11,600 nt of DNA from an uncultured archaeon (GTDB lineage Archaea; Thermoplasmatota; Penumbrarchaeia; JASLWR01), in NCBI GenBank assembly GCA_964342815.1, contig CAYFHS010000055.1, positions 1-11,600 on the forward strand. Reading direction: 5' to 3'. This document shows, piece by piece, positions 7,821-11,600 of this stretch (its first letter is position 1; every line of letters begins with the position of its first letter). Made by a program: the position numbers and the translations under genes. The notes under the pieces are model-generated. The model worked only from the letters and a program-made list of their open reading frames with translations. It had not been told where the DNA came from and searched no databases.

Positions 7821-8623
7821 ATGGCGTTTGGTGAAGAGGTGGTAGCGAAGTGGAAGAGGGAAGGAAGGACGGAGATCGACATGCGCCACAAGCGACGCAG
7901 TGCTCTGCCGGGGAGCATTGGTTGCCTGGTGAATCTAATAACCCTCAAGTTGAGCTACAACCGACTCGAGAGACTCCCCCGAGAGAATCGGGAATCTGAT
8001 CAACCTGACAACCCTCCACGCCAGTCACAACCGACTCCATGCACTGCCCAAGGGTATCGGCAATCTGGTCAACCTAGAGGATCTTACGTTAAACAACAAC
8101 CAACTCAATGAACTGCCAAAGAACATCGGGAATCTGACAAGCCTGACAATTCTCATGTTACACTACAACCAACTCAAGGAACTCCCTGAGAGCATCGGGA
8201 ATCTGATCAACCTGACAACCCTCAACGTCAGCCACAACCGACTCAATGAACTCCCCGAGAGCATCGGCAGTTTAACAAACCTGACGGAGCTCGCACTATT
8301 TCAAAGCCAACCCGATGAACCATCTGCCAACAACAACAGTTTCGTGGTCAATGTTAGGGATCTCTATTTGTTTCGTACCCCGTTTACTTCCCTGCCGGCA
8401 ACCATCCGTTTGCTGCCAATAAGAACACTCCCGCGCAACATCTTTATCCCACCCCTCTACTGGCATCCCAAATACCACCTGCGCTTCCCACGACACTTCC
8501 GACGGATGGTGTTCGCCTTTATGGTCTGCAACCGGCGAGAGTTGTTGTCGTATCTTCCGATGGAAATGATGTGGTGTATTCCTGGAATTCCTGGACTATC
8601 AGACCCTCCAGGCTTTGGAGTAA
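7821..8623 (+). pseudogene. Leucine-rich-repeat protein (about 7 x 23-aa repeats) with C-terminal SOCS/F-box-like motif; two +1 frameshifts
   Basis: Start CAACATGG. Removing one C from CCCCC (7976-7980) gives LPERIGNLINLTTLHASHNRLHALPKGIGNLVNLEDLTLNNNQLNELPKNIGNLTSLTILMLHYNQL, which joins the two track ORFs. Removing one C at 8581-8582 gives LPMEMMWCILEFLDYQTLQALE* (TAA 8621-8623). Restored length is about 266 aa. Confidence 0.85.
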
Positions 8624-9248
8624 CACATGGATGTGTGCACGAAAGGTTTGAACGTAGCGGAACTCCAAGTGTGTCTTAGAAATTCTATTAGCTCAGCGTA
8701 ACATATCAAGTGTTGTTCATTTCTTAAAGTTTACTCTCCTGTGGTATGGAATTCCTGTAACCTTTAACTCCCCTTCATGGGAAGCAACTTAGGTCTAGAT
8801 TTGGAAGTTCTACATCCTCCCAGTGCAACAAATATGCTTGTGGGGAACGAGATGCATCGGACGCTGGGAAGCTCTTCCGTAAGAAATGCGTGGAAGTGTA
8901 GAATCTACAAGCCAGACAACAAGCTGTTTCATTTCTGTTTCATGTGTTCATGTGTATGATTGTATTCACGTGCACTTGACATGCGCGCGAAGTGCCCGAT
9001 AAATACACAGCGGGATTTGATGTTTTCTTTCCACCAAGAACGTGGTGAAGTGCACAGCAATTAGAATTCTACGGAAGTACTGCAACAAGAAATAGTTGCT
9101 GAATTCTACAGCGCTACCTCCACAACTCTCCACAGCAGAACAAATCGCCGACGGTAGGATCGAGAGCACATCACAATTAGAACATGGGAACACCTACCAG
9201 AGACATCTCAAAACCTAGCCACCAGTAGTCACAGACATCTTCCCAGCA

Positions 9249-9323
9249 ACATGAGAGCAAACAACACATGAGAGCAAACAACACGAGATAGCAAAACACA
9301 AGAGAGCAAACAACACATGAGAG
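9249..9323. repeat. About 17-bp minisatellite ACATGAGAGCAAACAAC, about 4.5 copies
   Basis: Perfect copies at 9249-9265 and 9266-9282, degenerate copies after. Confidence 0.9.
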
Positions 9324-9400
9324 AAAGCGCAGGACCAAAACGATAACACGTATAACTCTACATCGACTCCTTCTGTCCTTCCTCCAGTCCTACAGCCCCA

Positions 9401-9483
9401 GAGGTACCCCCCAGACTGCACAGTTGAGAGGTACGGCACAGTTGAGAGGTACGGCAAAGTTGAGAGGTACATCCCAGACTGCA
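9401..9483. repeat. 18-bp minisatellite GCACAGTTGAGAGGTACG x3 bracketed by GAGGTAC..CCCAGACTGCA direct repeats
   Basis: Units at 9418, 9436 and 9454; bracketing repeats at 9401-9420 and 9464-9483. Confidence 0.92.
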
Positions 9484-9630
9484 TCGAGCGAGTTACGGAA
9501 GTACCTGTCAGGCACAAGAATAAGGATTCCGAGGTCATATTCGCAACTATGAGGGGATTCCATGGGGCACATAGTGCTGATGATTGAATGGGGGAACCTC
9601 CCTTAACGTGCACTCGACACCTACAACGCA

Positions 9631-9818
9631 CATCTGTTCACGAAGAGCACATCAAGAGCACATCAAGGAGCACATCAAGAGCACAACAAGAGCACATCAA
9701 GAGCACATCAAGGAGCACATCAAGAGCACATCTGTACATCAAGAGCACATCAAGAGCACATCAGCACATGAAGGGCACATCAAGAGCGCATCTGTTCACG
9801 AAGAGCACATCAAGAGCA
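9631..9818. repeat. 11/12-bp minisatellite (GAGCACATCAA[G])n with higher-order structure
   Basis: More than a dozen perfect or variant units. The 30-mer CATCTGTTCACGAAGAGCACATCAAGAGCA is identical at 9631-9660 and 9789-9818. Confidence 0.95.
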
Positions 9819-9987
9819 TAACGCACCCGTTGTCGGTTGCACCACACATGCCATCAAGTGCCCCAGCGCATAATTATGCAAGACGAGCCGTGACACTGAG
9901 GTCGGACAACAGGGAATGTGATTAATCCAAGACAATGCCAAAAGGCACACCTTCTGGGGAACATACTCATGTACGAAGCACTTACCA

Positions 9988-10753
9988 TTATATCGTCGAC
10001 ATCACAGCTTCCACTGCACATACTTCGTAGACCCGCTCCAAGACGCCATGGCTGCAGTAGGAGGGCACACGAGCCTCGGCAGGGACGGTGTAGGTTTGAC
10101 TTCTTCCTCCACTTAGCGCCAGGGGGTATGTCGTAATCACTCGTGTTCCGATATGCAACTCGGCTTCCAGCTTGCGCAGTATTCGGCTTGTCAACGAACC
10201 TTCCCCTCGCCCAAACACCACGTTGTTGATGTCGAAAATATAATGACCGTGAAAGGCCTCAAGTCCAGGTCCAGCCCACCCCCGTGCTGAAGGTGCAAGG
10301 GGGCAGCTTGTATCTGCCTTCTCCCGCAAACGTACTTGTAACTGCCCATCAGGTGCATGTGCGTCCAAGCACAATCTCCACCCCTGCCACACTGTGGAAG
10401 GTTGGGCAGCAGAACGCAAGCTGCAAGCAGAGACGACCCACGCCACAGCCAAAGTCCAGGAAGCGACCCGGTGGTGCTGTTACGGATGACATGGATAACA
10501 ACAAATCCCGCGCCAACCAATGGGCAAAGGCGTCGGACACCTCTCCGTACTCCAGTCCCTGGTAGGGAGGTACTTGCCAGACCTGCACGTCACCATACAG
10601 GTCCTGTCCACACCTCCGCAGCAAGTCATTGACCATCCCCTCAAGCTCGTCCAGTGGCAAGGGAGTGCGCGTGCACAACTGACGGCACACCCTATTAGTC
10701 CCTTGCATCCTGCCCTTCGTCCTCCGCCCGATACGCACCTTCTTGGGTGCCAT
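9988..10753 (-). pseudogene. DOT1-like (histone H3K79-type) class I SAM methyltransferase, disrupted by frameshifts
   Basis: YGE (10541-10549), motif I FLDFGCGVG (10436-10462), post-I GVEI. After a shift near 10360 comes LHLQHGGGLDLDLRPFTVI (motif II-like). After a shift at 10231-10244 comes INNVVFG...LHIGTRVITTYPL, matching the DOT1 VIFxNN and GxRIVS pattern. Restored length is about 255 aa. The methyltransferase fold is firm; the DOT1 subfamily call is less so. Confidence 0.72.
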
Positions 10754-10865
10754 TGCACGCCGAAGGATGTCAGCTGTGCTCCAACACCATTGAGTACCTC
10801 ACTCCTACCCTCATGTTGTTGGCCATTCACCGCTACTGGAAGTGCAGAGCACCACTCAGGCCTGG

Positions 10866-10976
10866 GTGAGTAACTGCCCGTGTACGTGCTCCTTGCAAAT
10901 GTGGGAGTCGGGATCGCCGTGCAAAATTCGTGGAGTCGGGATGGAGTCGTTTGGAGTCCGATGGAGTCGACTCCAG
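10866..10976 (+). other. Predicted 5'-UTR intron of the Cys/His-rich gene
   Basis: GG|GTGAGT donor at 10866 and CTCCAG acceptor ending at 10976. The acceptor has a weak pyrimidine tract. Confidence 0.4.
10931..10975. repeat. Four TGGAGTC units (10-11 bp spacing) ending in the perfect palindrome TGGAGTCGACTCCA
   Basis: Units at 10931, 10942, 10952 and 10962; palindrome at 10962-10975. Confidence 0.9.
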
Positions 10977-11021
10977 GGTTGACGCAGAAGGGACGGAACT
11001 CACCGAAGGGGAGGACCGAGC

Positions 11022-11600
11022 ATGGAATCGATGGAGGTGGATGGTACTGGCAGTTCTGCTGCTGAGGGGCCTCCAGGTAAGGAATTGTGAAAGGTCAAAG
11101 GTGTAAGCCAGTCGTTAACAACACCTCCGACTCATTTACATTCCATCTACAGGATGCATCTGCACAGGCCCTCCTGCCTGCATCTCCAAGCAGTGCCTTG
11201 CAAGCGCGACACAATCCCGGTGCGGCCGCACACCAAGGAAGAGCGGTCGGTCCATGTGTGGGCCCTGTTGCAACGGCCATGCCAGGGATCACAAGAGAGC
11301 GAAGGCGACAAAAAAAGCTGCAGTGGAGGAAGAGGGCCACATGAGCTCATAGACATCAACGCATGATGGGAAGCGGAAGAGAATCTCATCGACAACTTCA
11401 ACCACCACTTCAACCACCACTGCCCCATCGACAACAACCACCACAACTCCCACAAGCCCCCCACCCAAGAGAACAAGGCTGGACTTGGAACCTCCTGATG
11501 AGTTTACCCTCCCCCACAGCTGGGCAGAGAGCGCAGAGAAGTGTCGGCGAGCATGCCTTCCAATTCGGTTGGTGTCTGGTCGGGGCGAAGGACGCCGTCC
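11022..11600 (+). pseudogene. Spliced gene (exon 11022-11076, exon 11153 to beyond 11600) for a Cys/His-rich, Thr-rich, NLS-bearing protein with an in-frame TAG at 11350-11352
   Basis: AGCATGG start; splicing gives MESMEVDGTGSSAAEGPPG-CICTGPPACISKQCLASATQSRCGRTPRKSGRSMCGPCCNGHARDHKRAKATKKAAVEEEGHMSS*TSTHDGKRKRISSTTSTTTSTTTAPSTTTTTTPTSPPPKRTRLDLEPP... The frame stays open to the window end. Not in the ORF track. Confidence 0.65.
11077..11152 (+). other. 76-nt spliceosomal intron (phase 1)
   Basis: CAG|GTAAGG donor and TTTACATTCCATCTACAG| acceptor. Splicing joins an ATG-initiated exon in frame to the Cys-rich exon. Confidence 0.7.

Noticed and set aside
9249-9818. Repeat arrays as a possible CRISPR
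   Set aside because: Units are contiguous with no unique spacers, and the context is eukaryotic.
9215-9925. ORFs 9215-9631, 9390-9572, 9584-9925 and 9588-9821 with YLSTVP or EHIKS repeats
   Set aside because: The periodic peptides derive from minisatellites; the mixed 11/12-bp units do not preserve frame.
10191-10452. Single-frameshift or tiny-intron alternative for the DOT1-like gene
   Set aside because: A single shift gives HAPDGQLQ...GWAGPG, which lacks the motif II-like LQHGGGLDLD segment. A 23-nt GT-AG at that site lacks donor consensus, and the other predicted introns here are 63 nt or longer.
11087-11476. Track ORFs 11087-11344, 11154-11366, 11095-11340 and 11147-11476
   Set aside because: They are alternative frames or antisense of the spliced gene in the 11155 frame; one starts inside the intron.

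Overview
This window looks like eukaryote-associated DNA in two parts. The left part (73-4660) is an intact, intronless, minus-strand cassette resembling giant viruses (Nucleocytoviricota). It holds a 1,278-aa D5-like superfamily-3 helicase with a long unexplained N-terminal extension, a tightly coupled 138-aa hypothetical gene and a possible DNA methyltransferase remnant. It also has an AT-rich intergenic stretch with an AAAATTGA motif and a hairpin, and a 13-bp tandem array abuts the helicase stop codon. The right part (about 5000-11600) carries canonical GT-AG splice signals, microsatellites and minisatellites. Its genes are an intact GNAT acetyltransferase and three disrupted genes that the ORF track splits or misses: an LRR protein with a C-terminal SOCS/F-box-like motif (two +1 frameshifts), a DOT1-like methyltransferase (two frameshifts), and a spliced Cys/His-rich gene with an in-frame TAG. 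The best reading is an endogenous giant-virus-derived segment in a protist or algal genome, or an intron-bearing nucleus-associated DNA virus, with chromatin- and ubiquitin-related genes next to a viral replication helicase. All family assignments come from motif recognition by eye, not database searches. No rRNA, tRNA, CRISPR array, transposase, integrase or capsid gene was found.
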